Positions 1-12,800 of a DNA stretch of 64,000 nucleotides are shown here, piece by piece. The notes below the pieces were generated by a model. The model did not search any database and was not told the origin of the DNA. It saw nothing but the letters and a program-made list of their open reading frames with translations. Both the position numbers and the translations under genes were made by a program. Position 1 is the stretch's first letter; each line of letters begins with the position of its first letter. Source of the stretch: Takakia lepidozioides (Eukaryota; Plantae; Bryophyta); NCBI GenBank assembly GCA_030704615.1, contig CM060733.1, positions 3,038,001 to 3,102,000 of the forward strand. Direction: 5' to 3'.

Positions 1-174
1 TGAATAATACTGACATGAACACATTACTGTGCATGGATGTAATTCTGGATTTTCTAAAGCTTGATTGGTGCCACTGTTAAGTGGCTTTATGTCTGATTAT
101 TCTTCTTATTCATGACTACGACCCTAGGGGTCTTGTATTTGTCTTGACATGACAAAAAGTATCTTCCCTCTCTT
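1..174 (+). repeat. End of dispersed ~2.4-kb repeat (matches 21196-21374)
   Basis: tgaat(a/c)atactgacatgaacacattactgtgcatggatg...gacatgacaaaaagtatcttccctctc closely matches 21196-21374. Confidence 0.85.
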
Positions 175-289
175 CCTGTCCAGTATGCTTAGTGGTTTCT
201 GCATACACTATCCATTGACTATCATGCTGAACTTCCAGCATACCCTGTAATGTGGTTTATTTCCAAGAGAACACACTAACATTCCTTTT

Positions 290-2450
290 TTGCAGAAGTC
301 CATCATGACCGACACGGAGTGGATTGACGAGATGCAGAATTTGGGATACCAATACCCACTGCCCACTACGATCCCTGCAATTCAGGCAGTGCTGGAGCAT
401 ACATCGCTCCCAGATTCCCAAGATACTGACCAAGTACTTGAGACGAAACCCCCTGAACCAGTGATTACAATCCATCTTTGATGCTTTAAACCCCTACTTT
501 TTCAGAGTGGGTTAAGCGGTCACGCTTTGGAAAAGAAACTGAAAAGTACATATTAAAGCCCAACGATTTGTTTGGCCTTGATGCTTAAAGAGAAAGCCAT
601 GATATTTTTCCAAAAAAAACCATTTCGGAGTCTGGAAAATTCCAGCCGTACGGACATTGTTGGCAGACTTGGCTCGCACCGAACCAAGCACATAACAGGG
701 CATTTAGCCCTTGTTAGACAATTCTCTTTTGCTGATGATACATAATCTTTTCCTTGAATGCAGATCTGGTTGTGATGGAGGAACAAAAAACCAGAGTAAT
801 TGATCACCATGCACATGGTAGAAGGTTTCTCACACACATTAAAAAACTTGCTCCCTTGGGATATGTTCATATGCTCTATCCCAACAGAGGAATGGAATGG
901 GTCAGTGCCAAAGGTCTCATCAAAGAAGCTTTGGATTTTTTTGAACAGCCTGGTCTATGTATGTTGCTTGATGATGTTGTGTTTGGATGGACTTATCACA
1001 AGCAGTGCAATCTGGAATACTACCAACCTGCTTCTGTCTTCCGTAACTTCAGTTTCTCACAGGATTTGACACCCAATCATCCATGTCTATGTGAGAGCAC
1101 CAATAGATTTAAATGGTTCTGCGACAGTGATACACTAGCAGAATTCCACATGCCTGGTGACTCTCGCATTCAACATGTACGGACAATGGACCTCACCATT
1201 ATCCGACACCATGGTTTGAGAAAACTATTTGGGCTAGGTATGAATCATATCCCTTTGAGAAAAACTCTATTGAAAGAGGTAGTAGAGGAGGTATCTCTAG
1301 CCTTTTGGAAAACATGTGAAATATTGGATGTATCAGAATCTGATCCCTGGGTATCTGAATGCCATGAGTGGCTCAAGCAAACCTACTGGGACAGATTAAA
1401 GAAAAAAAAACACAAGGGAATTTTCTCACAACACGAGAAGAACCCCCTTGAGATGACGGATGCCCAAGACGAACTAGCTTGGCTTCGAAGTCGTTTGTAT
1501 TGTCAGGCTTGGACAAAGCTAACAATAATGTTTGTTTCATGTGTGTGAAGCATATCAGAACACAAGCCTTTCACAGGCTGATGGGTAAGGACTTTAAGCC
1601 ATGCATCCAAAATGAGGTATGGACTCCACCCACAGAAATCAGGGATTCCTTGACTAATGATTTAGAAAGGATGCTCCCTGAAATGTCCACTGAAAACTCT
1701 GATCTACCATACATCATGGGGATCTATAAATTACACAAGAAAAAATACCGGTGGATCACTAATGCCCACAAATGCATTTTCAGTGGACTAGCAAGTTTAC
1801 TTACTTGTGCCATTATGTCTCTTTTGCCGCTCATGAAAAGAGTGGGTGAAAATGAAGTTGGATACCTATGAAAATTTTCTTAAAGTCTCTACGTCTATGT
1901 ACTGGATTATGGATAATATTACGGACTTTACCCTGAATTTACTTGACAAGGTATATAGCATTTTTGTGGCTGACATCACCCAATGCTATGAGAACATACC
2001 CTTATCAGGAGAAGATAACCTAGGGGCAGCCATTGCTTATGTGATTAAACTGGCCTTTAAGCAATACCATGCATCTCGACCTAGGTCCCAGCATGTTTTA
2101 TGGATCCAAACGAATGAAGGAAAATTTGGGAAGTGTAGGTGGGGACCTACTTCCCCTAAACGTGGCAATTGGATCGAGTTGTCTGAAGCAAGGTTGCTCG
2201 AGCTCCACGGCTGGTTGATGTCCCATTGCTTCGTTGTTTTAGGGGACCGGGTATGGTAGCAAATATCAGGTATACCTATGGGCTTTTCTTGTTCACCTTT
2301 ATGGTGCAATATATATTTTTTATCTTATGAAATCCGGTTCATTTTAAGATTGGCTACACTCGGGGAATCACAGTTGATGGCCAAGTTCGAATGAGCTTTC
2401 CGTTACATTGATGATGTAGTGTGAATGCAGGGGAGTAACATTGAAAATTT
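290..2450 (+). pseudogene. Penelope-like element (PLE) reverse transcriptase, N-terminal part to the YIDD motif; frameshifted with stops
   Basis: Across frames: CLC...HVRTMDLTII..GLRKLF..G.NHIP, DKANNNVCFMC, PYIMGIYKLHK, IFVADITQCYENIP, QISGIPMGFSCSPLWCNIYFLSYE, RYIDD (2401-2415). These are PLE-type RT motifs; the N-terminal motif resembles Naiad/Chlamys/Hydra-type PLEs. Confidence 0.8.
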
Positions 2451-4604
2451 TGTTGGGAATCAAATTACGGCATTGGTGAAGAAGGGAGTGCCTGGTGCTA
2501 ATGTCAGGAGGGAATTACCCAGGCCTACAGGTAATTCCATGGGAACACTATGCTCTTGCTCTGCCAGGACAAAATATGGCTAAGTCATAACATGCGCATT
2601 TTCATCCTTGGAATGAATGATTTTCGTCGCGTATGTTTAACCTAGAAACTCGAGCTGAGGAAAACGAGGAGGAAGACGACGGGCAACTCTTCACAGCTGC
2701 TGCCGTAGTGTTGTCAGGCAGGCTGGCTTGGGAACTTACACCTGCACCATGTGAATCAGCTTGCCTTAAAGCGCGACGTTAAGGGATCTGCTTGGCATTT
2801 TGTGCAAAGAGAAGCGGTGCCTCTTTCTGCGTGGTGACAATCAATTTTGAAAGCTGAGCAGGTGCTAAGAGCGGTGCACTACCGCTGCCGCCATTGTCTT
2901 GAAGAGTACAGTTATGAGGAGATGGAGCGCAACAACAGCTGTTGGGGAATGAGAAGTGCAGGCTGGTGTGGATGCGACTCAGGTCATCTGTAATTAAAAC
3001 TTGTAGTAGCCTTCTGTCTTAGAGCTGTAGGAGCACATCAATCCTTAGGGCAGAAGTACACATGTAGAGGGATAGGGTAGAGGTTGGCAAGCACAAGGAT
3101 GTTGCCAGCTGATGAAGCAAGCCGTCATGACATGATGAGAACTGGAATCAAGATGAGGAGAAGCGTTGAATATGGCTGATGACAGCGATGGTGAGGTGCC
3201 AGCTTGGCAGGCAGAACCACCGCTTCACACGAGTATAAGACAGATAAGTTCTAAGAGTGTTGGCTTCTCTTTGTGGGCACTTAGGAATGACTTTGTGAAG
3301 TTTTTGGAACTGTCTCTTGTATCTGCTGAAGGGGACAGAAATGTGAGGAGTAGAAAAGCCCTTTGAAAATGGAATGAAGACACTGGAATTCAAACCAGGA
3401 TAGGGTGGAGATGGATGCACCTGTTGTTACACTGTCATTAGGAAAAAGAGAGAGGGGACAAGGATAGCTCACATCAGGGTCAGAATGGTTGCTGTTGTTG
3501 TGTTCCTTTTCTTTATTTTCAGTGTCTTCAGCCAGCATAAGCAAAACAGCCCTGGATGTTAAAACAGTGGAGCCAGTGTAGAACTAGCTTGGTGGATAAA
3601 GGAGAACAGGGATGGTCAGACCGAAACGGATTTGAAGAACTGAGAGGGATGACGTGGATGGGGAAGAAAAGTCAATACTGTTTTGGGGTTTGGATCTGAT
3701 TTATAGAAGTGTTCTCAACATGTGAATGACTGAGGTTTGCATTTGAGGAGAAAAAGAGAGCTGTCAGGGTGTGTGATTTGAGATCTGTAGAAGGGTTGTG
3801 AAGCACCTTGGCCAAATAGGATCCACTTGGGGAAAGATAGTGCAAGGACCAGTCACTGGAGAGAGAGAAAAAGAGAAAGACCGACAGAGGGGCAGATCAT
3901 GTCTTGTAACCAAGGTTGACTTCAATGATGGATGCACTGGATGCCTGGCTGGATGTGCATTTGCATTGCATCATAGCCATGCTGTTGTGAAAAAAGTGAG
4001 GAATCCACACACCAAGGAAAAAGAGTGTGAGAGAAAGAAAAAGTGAAAAGGGAGAAAGGGTTGATGAGGGATGGACAAATGGAGAGGCAAGGTCAAGAAG
4101 ACATGAACCCTGAATGATCAAACTAGAGGGCCTGCAGTTCATGGCAGATCTGAGCTGTCCACCCACCTAGACCGTGATCTCATTACAAAAAGGGGCTTCC
4201 GACGTGTTGCAGACCAAGGGAACTGCCCACAAGGGCAGTGTTTATCACTGACATAGGGCTGATTGCATCACTGAATACATCGTGGCAGCATAGTTGGTGC
4301 TGTACCTGCAGGTAGAGGATGTTGTGTAAAAGGTAGAACCAAGAGTGAACAACAATTTGACTCCCCATCCATGTCTTCTCTTCCGCTGCGGCGTGGATGA
4401 GGATTGCTTGAACTCTGATCACGAAGGAGCTGAGGGAAACCCACAGCCAAGTGACGACAGTAGGACAGAAAAGAAGAACCTTCTTTCTTTTGCTCCGCTT
4501 AGAATGGAAGGAAGCACAATTAGAATTATACAGAAGGGGATTCACGCCCCTTCTTTTCACACTACAATGACATATGCTGGCTTAATGCCGGAAATGCTCT
4601 AACA
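2451..4604. mobile_element. TG..CA-bounded 2.15-kb insertion, probable solo LTR of a different family
   Basis: Starts TGTTGGG and ends CTCTAACA (TGTT/AACA inverted termini). It splits the PLE RT between ...NIENF and LNPS...IYPL. No clean 5-bp TSD (aattt / tttct). Confidence 0.6.
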
Positions 4605-5048
4605 TTTCTGAATCCCTCAGCTGATCGCAGTAGTTCCAACCCATGGTGAATATATCCTTTGAATGTGGTCGAAATTAAGCCTGAAATATTGAGAACCAAA
4701 TCCGGGACTCAAGATGTAGGCCTGGAAGCTTGTTTTATGAACATCCAATTATCAATAGAGAATGAGGAGACAAGTGAATTCCACTTCCAGAAATATGACA
4801 AGAGGAGAGCTCTCCCCTTTTCGTATACACAATACATTCAATTCAGGTCAAACCGACCAGTGAACCAATCATACAATGTTGTGATATCTCAGGCTGTACC
4901 CATATTATATATTTCCAGTACCGTTCAATCGGCCTGGAAAGAGTGTGGGATTCTGATTAACACCTTGGGACAAAATGGCTTCAAAACGGACAAATTGTTA
5001 CGAATATTGCTAAGGCTCCTCGGAGAAGGAACTTTTCCTGGTGTACGC
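4605..5048 (+). pseudogene. PLE RT thumb region (continuation)
   Basis: IYPLNVVEIK...FMNIQL...KYDKRR...SNRP...YNVVISQ...L..NGF matches the PLE thumb pattern YDKR..SN.P..Y.V.ISQ. Confidence 0.8.
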
Positions 5049-6219
5049 TGTTAGAGGACTGTAGGGGACTTAGACACTTATACGGGATCTGTAGGGTACC
5101 CTTAATTTTTGCACAGACTGAGACAAACAGGAACCTTAGGGGTGACAGCAGCGCACTGTAGAGGGGGGTTACATAGCCCACACAGCCGACACAGCAGTCA
5201 CAGCCCACACAGCCAACACAGCCCGTCACAGTCGTCACAGCCCACACAGCCGTCACAGCCCACACAGCCAACACAGCCCGTCACAGTCGTCACAGCCCAC
5301 ACAGCCGTCACAGCCCACACAGCCGTCACAGTCGTCACAGCCCACACAGCCAACACAGTCCGTCACAGTCGTCACAGCAGACACAGCCCACACAGCCGTC
5401 ACAGCCCACACAGCCAACACAGCCCGTCACAGTCGTCACAGCCCACACAGCCGTCACAGTCGTCACAGCCCACACAGCCACACAGCCCGTCACAGTCGTC
5501 ACAGCAGACACAGCCCGGCACAGCCACACAGCCAGTCACAGCCCGACACAGCCAAATACAGCCAGTCACCGCTTGACACAGCTGTCACGATAATAGGGAA
5601 CGAAGAGTAGGACAGGGAACGACTGTGGGGAACAACACCAGTGAAGGGAACATGTTAGTTCACATACGACGGTTAGAGAGGGAAACGGTTAGAACCGCGG
5701 ATAGGAGGATAAAGGGAAGAACGGGGAATGAGGAAGGGATCATTATTAGGATCATTATTCGGGGAATGAGGATTTCGGAGTCATACGGGAGCGGAAGTCG
5801 GTGAGCACGATGAAGGAGGAAAGAGGATTAGTAGATGCTTGTTATATGCAAAGCTGTAGGGATATTGTAGAGGAGAATAGAGACACAATGGCTTCGGCCT
5901 GATACCTGATAAATCATAATCTGATACTTATACGATACAATCACACTGTGTAGAGAGATCTGAGTGAAGCTGTGGATTGAATGGAGGAGTGAAGGAAACC
6001 GATAAATTGATGAAGCAAACTGATACTTAATTATCAATGGTAAGGTAGCTAAGATGAATGCGGAAAAGGAAACAAATAGGAAACACCCCCATGATACACT
6101 AGCTGTAGGTCATGACTGATTGTTCTGCGCGGGCTGAGTACTTAGAGATTTCCAACTCTTCTATCTTGGAGTTTCCGCCTCGGATAGCGAAGGGATGGGT
6201 GAGTAAAAGCCGCGCGACA
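5049..6219 (+). repeat. E1 5' LTR (1171 bp) with CACAG array at ~5171-5590
   Basis: Direct repeat of 17567-18739; TGTTAGAGG...CGCGACA. Confidence 0.95.
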
Positions 6220-6807
6220 TTTGGCGACCATACTGGGGACCTGGGACATGAACAACCAGATGTGACAGGCATCTGGTGGGATCATGGTGGTTGGACCATT
6301 AAAGAATTTGAAGTGAATCAAATTCCCTGTGGAACGAAGGAAGAAAGATTGTCCAAACAATTCTTTCAAAGGTTCTTGGAATTGCCAGACGGATGTAAAG
6401 AAAATATTCTTAAACGAGTGCATGATGCTGATCCAGAATGGGGTCTGGAGAAAGGAGTGATAAAGATTTATCAGGTAGCCTGTAGAGGAAGAGCACGTTG
6501 GTTACCAACATTAGTTTATGTGATAGCGTTGCTATCCATTAAACGAGTAGAGTTTGAAGGCTGGGAAGAAAGAAAGGTGAATGTTTATACTCATATGCAT
6601 GAAGAGCTTGTACTGGTAAAGAATTGGATTCCAAAGGATATTTTGTGGATCAAACTCACACCAAGAACAGCTTTTCAGACTTGTTTGCCATATGGTTATA
6701 TGGTAACGGAGACTTCAAGTATAGCCAAGGGTGCATTGAAGCTTGAAAGAAATCCAGGCATATATGAGAGATATTACAGAAGAGAGTTTTGGTTATTGCC
6801 ACATTAA
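6112..6807 (+). CDS. Extra 5' ORF (ORF0, 231 aa, unknown function) starting inside the LTR
   Basis: Intact and same length in E1 and E2 (23306-24001); ends 21 nt before the gag ATG. Confidence 0.6.
   Translation: MTDCSARAEYLEISNSSILEFPPRIAKGWVSKSRATFGDHTGDLGHEQPDVTGIWWDHGGWTIKEFEVNQIPCGTKEERLSKQFFQRFLELPDGCKENILKRVHDADPEWGLEKGVIKIYQVACRGRARWLPTLVYVIALLSIKRVEFEGWEERKVNVYTHMHEELVLVKNWIPKDILWIKLTPRTAFQTCLPYGYMVTETSSIAKGALKLERNPGIYERYYRREFWLLPH
6222..6239 (+). promoter_or_regulatory. Primer binding site, probably tRNA-Arg
   Basis: TGGCGACCATACTGGGGA 2 nt after the LTR; resembles the TGGCGAC..CTGGGGA tRNA-Arg PBS of Tat/Ogre-type elements. Confidence 0.8.
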
Positions 6808-6828
6808 AAGAAATGAAAGACATGGGAC

Positions 6829-9800
6829 ATGAGTGATGAAAGAGAAGCTAGACGACAAAGATATTCATCAAAAAGAGAAAGCTATCTGAAAGCTAATTAT
6901 CCATATCTTTGGGAGAGAGGAATAGACATAGGGGAATCATCTGGACCTCTCACACCATCAAGATCAAAAAGTGCATCACCTATACCGGAAGAACTAGAGT
7001 TGGATGCCACTCCTTCTGTTTCTTTGCAAGAAAGATTAAGGGAATTGGTACAGGAAGAAGATCAATCACGAGGTGAAAGATCTGAGGTACATCCTTGGAT
7101 AAAAGACTTGACAGAAATCTTTGATAAGAGTTGGCATGGAACACCAAAAGCAGGAACTCCAGTTTCTGAAGCAGAAGATGAAGAAGGAGATGAGGATGTG
7201 GCAGAGCCAACGGAGAGTTCAGACTCTCCAACACCATTACAGTTGAGTTACATGAGTGAAGAAGAAACCCAAGGGCAGAACTTGGAGGATGAAAACAGAG
7301 AGAAGAAATTGGAAGAGGAAGAATATGAAGAAGTAGACCCAACAGCTGAGGTTGAGACTACAACCAGGACATCCCAACCCGTTGGACCTGGATCAAGTGG
7401 AGCACTTAGATCACAGGCCAACGAAGGTGTCGGCTCAGGGGGATCAGGCAGGCTGCCTGGATCTGGCTCTGGGGGGACAGGGAGTGTGGGAAGTAGTGCA
7501 ACTGAAGCTGGGAATACTGTGAATATCGTGGGGCCAGAAGCAGGGAGTGCTCAAGGGCCACCACTTGGTGGAAGATCCACCACAAAAACAACAGGTCCAG
7601 AAGGACCAGCACCAGCAAGGGTGCCAGCACCTGTCAGTGGGCAGAAGGTAGGGCCACAGATGGCGTTACAACCAACACGGGCAAAACCACCCTTTCCAAT
7701 ATATTCAGGAAAATGGGATCCCGATGTACACATTAGCCAATTTGAGCACATGTGTATAGTGAACAATGAGAATGGCGATGATGCCAAGATGAGACTGTTT
7801 CCTTGTTCACTTATCAAGAAAGCAAGTGAATGGTATGCAAGATTCCCTGATAATCATTTCCTAACCTGGAATGGCTTGAATACAGCATTTCGAAATAGTT
7901 CAGGACAAGTAAAACTGAGGATGAAGTGTATGGAAGTTTACAACAGCTGAAGCAGAAGAAGCATGAAACTGTTGAAGAGTATATGGAGAAGATGGAATTG
8001 ATGATGAAAAAGCTGGCTGCAGTACGAGCACCCGGTTTACAGAAGACTTGGTTTGTGAGTGGACTAAGACCAGAGTTGCAGAAGAAAGTGGATATGTTAC
8101 CCCATAATACAGTGGAGGAGGCATTTGAAACTGCAAACAGAATTGAGCAATTGGGAATGCTCAGGAGAGAGAAAAAGGAAGATGAGGACTCTGAAGATGA
8201 GTCAGATGAAGAAGAAGAGCAAGAACTAAAAAGAAAGAGTAAGAGAAAGGAAAAGTTGAAGAGGGATAACTATGAGAAAAGATTGGAAGAAATCTTGAAG
8301 AAGTATGCCACAGAGGCTGCAACACATTGGAGGAAGGGTGTATGGTGTGCAAAGTGCCAGAATGAAGGCCATACCACTACAGAATGCCACATGAAGGAGA
8401 AACACTGTACTATCTGTAAAATGGATAACCATTCTACTGAGAATTGTTACTACAACAGAAGGACAGCTGCAAGAGAACCTAGGCAAGTGAGGGTGCATCA
8501 GGTGCAGCCCCAGCCAAGAAGAAGCAATGATCAGGACCACTATGGTAGGTCTGGTGGTTATAACAATGGCATGGAAGGGAGAGGTAATTCAAGAGGGAAT
8601 TACCAAGGAAATTCCAGAGGCAACTATCAGGGTAATCCAAGGGGAATTACCAGCCCGGGAATCAGGATTATAGAAATAATCCAAGAACAGACCAAGGGCG
8701 AGGACCCAATGGTGAAGAGCTATGTTACTATTGTAATCAGCCAGGACATCGCAAGGCAGCCTGTTCATTCTGGATAAGACACCAGAATGAGATGAGAGCT
8801 CCTGTGAATGAGGGCCCAGTGGTGGCAGCTCACATGGTTAGGCCATGTGTTGTACCAGAAGTAAGTACAATGATAGTAACAAGAAGTAAAGCCAAACTAA
8901 TACCTCCAGTAGAAGAGGAAGAAGATGAGACTGGAAGTGGCAATGATATGCCTGAAGATGAAGAGACTTGGAAGGATGAGAAGGAACTGCACAAGGAAGT
9001 GGCAGATACTATAAGGGAAATGCAAAAGAGTACTGATATTCCTGTGGCAGATTCCTCTGATTCGGATGGAGAAAAAGAGGGGAGTGAGGAAGAAAGGAAA
9101 AAAGAAGATGCAGACATGCAAAGTAATGAAGAGACTTTGGCTGAAGTAATATGTCAGACCAAAGCAGAAATTACCATTGGACAGCTATTAGCTGTGGCAC
9201 CTTATTGTAGGCACAGGCTGTATCAGGCAATCAATCGAATTGCCCAAGAGACAGGAAACACAGACCTGAACAGCAAGGTGACCAGTTATAATGTGAAGCC
9301 GGAAGGGCGAGAACCAGTCATGGACTTTGATGATTCTATGCCAGTAATCCAATTGAGAATTGGAAGCACAGAACTAACTGATGTACTGATAGATGGTGGT
9401 TCTGGAGTAAATATCATGACAGACCAATTAAGGAAGAAGCTTGGTCTAAGTAACATGAAACCAGCCCCATTTACAGTAACAATGGCAGATCAAAGAAGTG
9501 TACAGCCATTGGGATTAATAAGAGGAGTTAAGATACAGATACAGAAAATGATCTTTATGATCACAGTAACTGTATTAAAAATGGATGAAGTCATGGAGGC
9601 TTACTCCTTATTATTGGGACGTCCGTGGCTGAAACAGGCAAGGGTATTCCATGACTGGAATTCTCAGTTACTAACTGTGCATAATGGGATGCACGAGATA
9701 CAAATTACCACAAAGAAATCTAGTAGATTACCTGCTACAAGAAGACCTCGAGGAGTCAGAGAGTATGACTGGAGGGAGGACTGGATGAGGAGCAGGAAGC

Positions 9801-12800
9801 TACCCTATTTGCTGCACACCCAGAATGGGAGCAGGTTGCAGAGATGCGGCTGGAAAGCCTAAGTTGTTTGAGAGGTATCTGCTGTGGTGTAGTGACAGCA
9901 ACACCAACTGAAGAAGAAACCAGCATTTACCCATCACATTTCTATGAAGAAAGAGAAGGAGAAATAGAAATCCTAGAAGAACCAGCCACTGTGAGCTTAC
10001 AGGATGAAGTGGTGACTGGTTGGACAATCACAGCTGATGAGCAGGTGAGAGAAGTAAATGTGGGAACTCAGGAGGAACCGAGAATGGTGAAAGTAGGAGC
10101 TGATTTGGAGCCAGAGTTCTTCGAAGAAGCTAAAAGCTTGTTCATCAAATACAGAGATGTATTTGCTTGGAGCTATGAGGATCTAAAAGGGATACCACCT
10201 GAAGTCTGTCAGCATAAAATTGAACTGGAACCAGGGTCAGTACCAATCAAGCAGGCGAGGTATAGAATGAATCCCAACTACGCACAGAAGGTTGGAGAAG
10301 AGATAAAGAAGTTGGCTGAGGCTAAGTTTATATACCCAATAGAGTATACAACTTGGTTGTCACCCATTGTTATAGTTCCCAAGAAGAATGGCAAACTAAG
10401 AGTATGTGTGAACTATAAGAAGCTGAATGCTTGTACGAAGAAAGATCCTTTCCCTTTGCCATTCACAGAAGCAGTATTAGACACTGTGGCAGGCCATGAG
10501 ATGTACTCATTCATGGATGGCTTCAGTGGTTATAATCAAGTGCAAGTGGCAGAAGAAGACCAAGGGAAAACAGCTTTCATCACAGACTGGGGGGCTTATG
10601 CATACAAAGTCATGCCCTTTGGACTTTGTAATGCACCAGCGACCTTTCAGAGAGTGATAAGTGAATCTTTTCATGAGTATCTGGATGATTTCATGCAGGT
10701 TTCTTGGATGATTTCAGTGTGTACAGCTCTAAGAATGAGCACTTGCATAAATTGGAGTTATGCCTGGCCAGATGCAGGATGAGAGGTCTGGGCTTGAACC
10801 CAGAGAAGTGTACTTTCTGTGTGAACTCAGGGGTGCTTCTGGGACACATTGTGTGTAAGAAGGGACTCCTTGTGGATCCCAGGAAGACAGAGTCCATTAA
10901 AGTCTCTCCACCACCAGTGAATGTTAAGAGTTTAAGGAGATTCCTTGGGCAAACCAGTTATTACAGAAGATTTGTCAAAAGGTATGCACAAATAGCAGCA
11001 CCATTGAGCAAGCTTCTGAAGAAAGATGCAGTGTTTGCATGGACAGCTGAATGTCAACAGGCGTTTGAGGAACTTACACTGTCAGTAACAACTACACCTG
11101 TGCTGATTAACCCTCACTGGCATGTAGTATTTCATGTTCACTGCGATGCATCAGGAGAAGCGTTGGGAGCGGTGTTAGCCCAGAATGTTACAGGGAATAT
11201 AGATTCACCTGTGTACTATGCTAGCCGGTTGATGAACAGTGCTGAGAGGAACTATAGCACAACGGAAAGAGAAGCATTGGCAATGATCTATGCAGTGAAG
11301 AAATTCAGGCATTACCTATTGGGAAGAAAGTTTATGTTTTATGTGGATCACCAGGCTCTGATATATCTGGTGAACAAACCTTTGATAAGTGGAAGGATAG
11401 CGAGGTGGTTAATAATCTTGCATGAGTTTGAGTTCGAGGTTATTTACAAGCCTGGCCGTTTGCATCTTGTGGCAGATCATTTGTCACGACTAACAACAGG
11501 AGAGGCCGCCACAGGAGTGGACGATCAGTTACCTGATGCGAGTTTATTTGTAATGGAGGTGCAAGGAAGTGCAGATGAATGGTTAGATTGGCAGTGGCCA
11601 ATCAGATACTACCTTGCTCATGGTCAGTGCCCACCTAGTTATGGTAAGGAGCAGAGGAAGAGAATCGCTATCAAAGCTTTACCTTATACTATGGTAGGAA
11701 GCAGAATGTATAAGTTAGGACCTGATGGGGTACTAAAACGATGCTTGTACCACCATGAAGTAAATAAAGTCTTGGAGGAAGTTCATAAAGGAGTGGCTGG
11801 AGGTCATTTTGGAGAAGAGACTACCAGTAGAAAGATACTACTCGCAGGATACTGGTGGCCTACTTTGTTCAAAGATGTACATGAGTATTGTCAGAAGTGT
11901 GATGAATGTCAGAGGCTAGGACCTTTGCAGAGATCTGGAAGAATGGCCTTGCATCCTACAATGCCTACGGAACCATTTCAGAAATGGGGACTAGACTTTG
12001 TTGGACCAATTAATCCACCATCCAAGAATACACAAAACAGGTACATAATTACAGCCACTGATTATACTACAAAGTGGGTGGAAGCTAAAGCTTTGAGGGA
12101 CAACACAGCCAAGTCCACAGCAAGGTTCCTGTACGAGAACATACTTACACGATTTGGATGTCCCTTAGAATTTATCAGTGATCAAGGAAGTCACTTCATG
12201 AATGAGACCATTGAGTTATTGACTAAAGAGTTTATGATTGTGCATAGAAAGAGTACAACATATTACCCACAGGGTAATGGACAGGCAGAGGCTACCAACA
12301 AAATACTATGTACTATCTTGGCTAAGATAGTCAATGCAAACAGAACGGATTGGGATACAAAGCTGCTGACAGCTTTGTGGTCATACAGGACTTCATATAA
12401 AGTCACCACTAAGTATACACCATTCCAATTAGTTTATGGTATGGAAGCCTTACTTCCAGGAATTTCTGTTACCTACCATGAGAACGGAGTGGGGAAAAAG
12501 AATGGAATTGCAAGACTCCATCAAGGTCAGGAAACATGAATTATACCATGTGGAAGAAGTACGTGCTGATGCAGCTGATAATATGACCAGAATTCAGATG
12601 AAGAGAAAGGAACAGTTTGATGAAGGCAAGTTAAAGACTTTTAAGACGGGGGATTTGGTTCTATGGTTGCAGAAGAAAGGAAAGATTCAAGCTTCTAAGC
12701 TTAAATCACCATGGAAAGGACCTTATGTCATACAAAAGATGTATGATAACAACACAGCCATGTTACAAACCATTAACAAAGAAATGCTGGGAAGAGTCAA

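Noticed and set aside
5109-5576. His/Ser/Gln-rich ORFs in the LTRs (also 17627, 34687, 38049, 44738, 46507)
   Set aside because: Translation of the stop-poor CACAG array; frames differ between copies.
5171-5590. CACAG as RAG/Transib recombination signals
   Set aside because: No CACAGTG heptamer-spacer-nonamer organisation.
5838-5852. Antisense TATA box in the E1 LTR
   Set aside because: Not conserved in E2 or E3 LTRs; the purine skew is element-wide.
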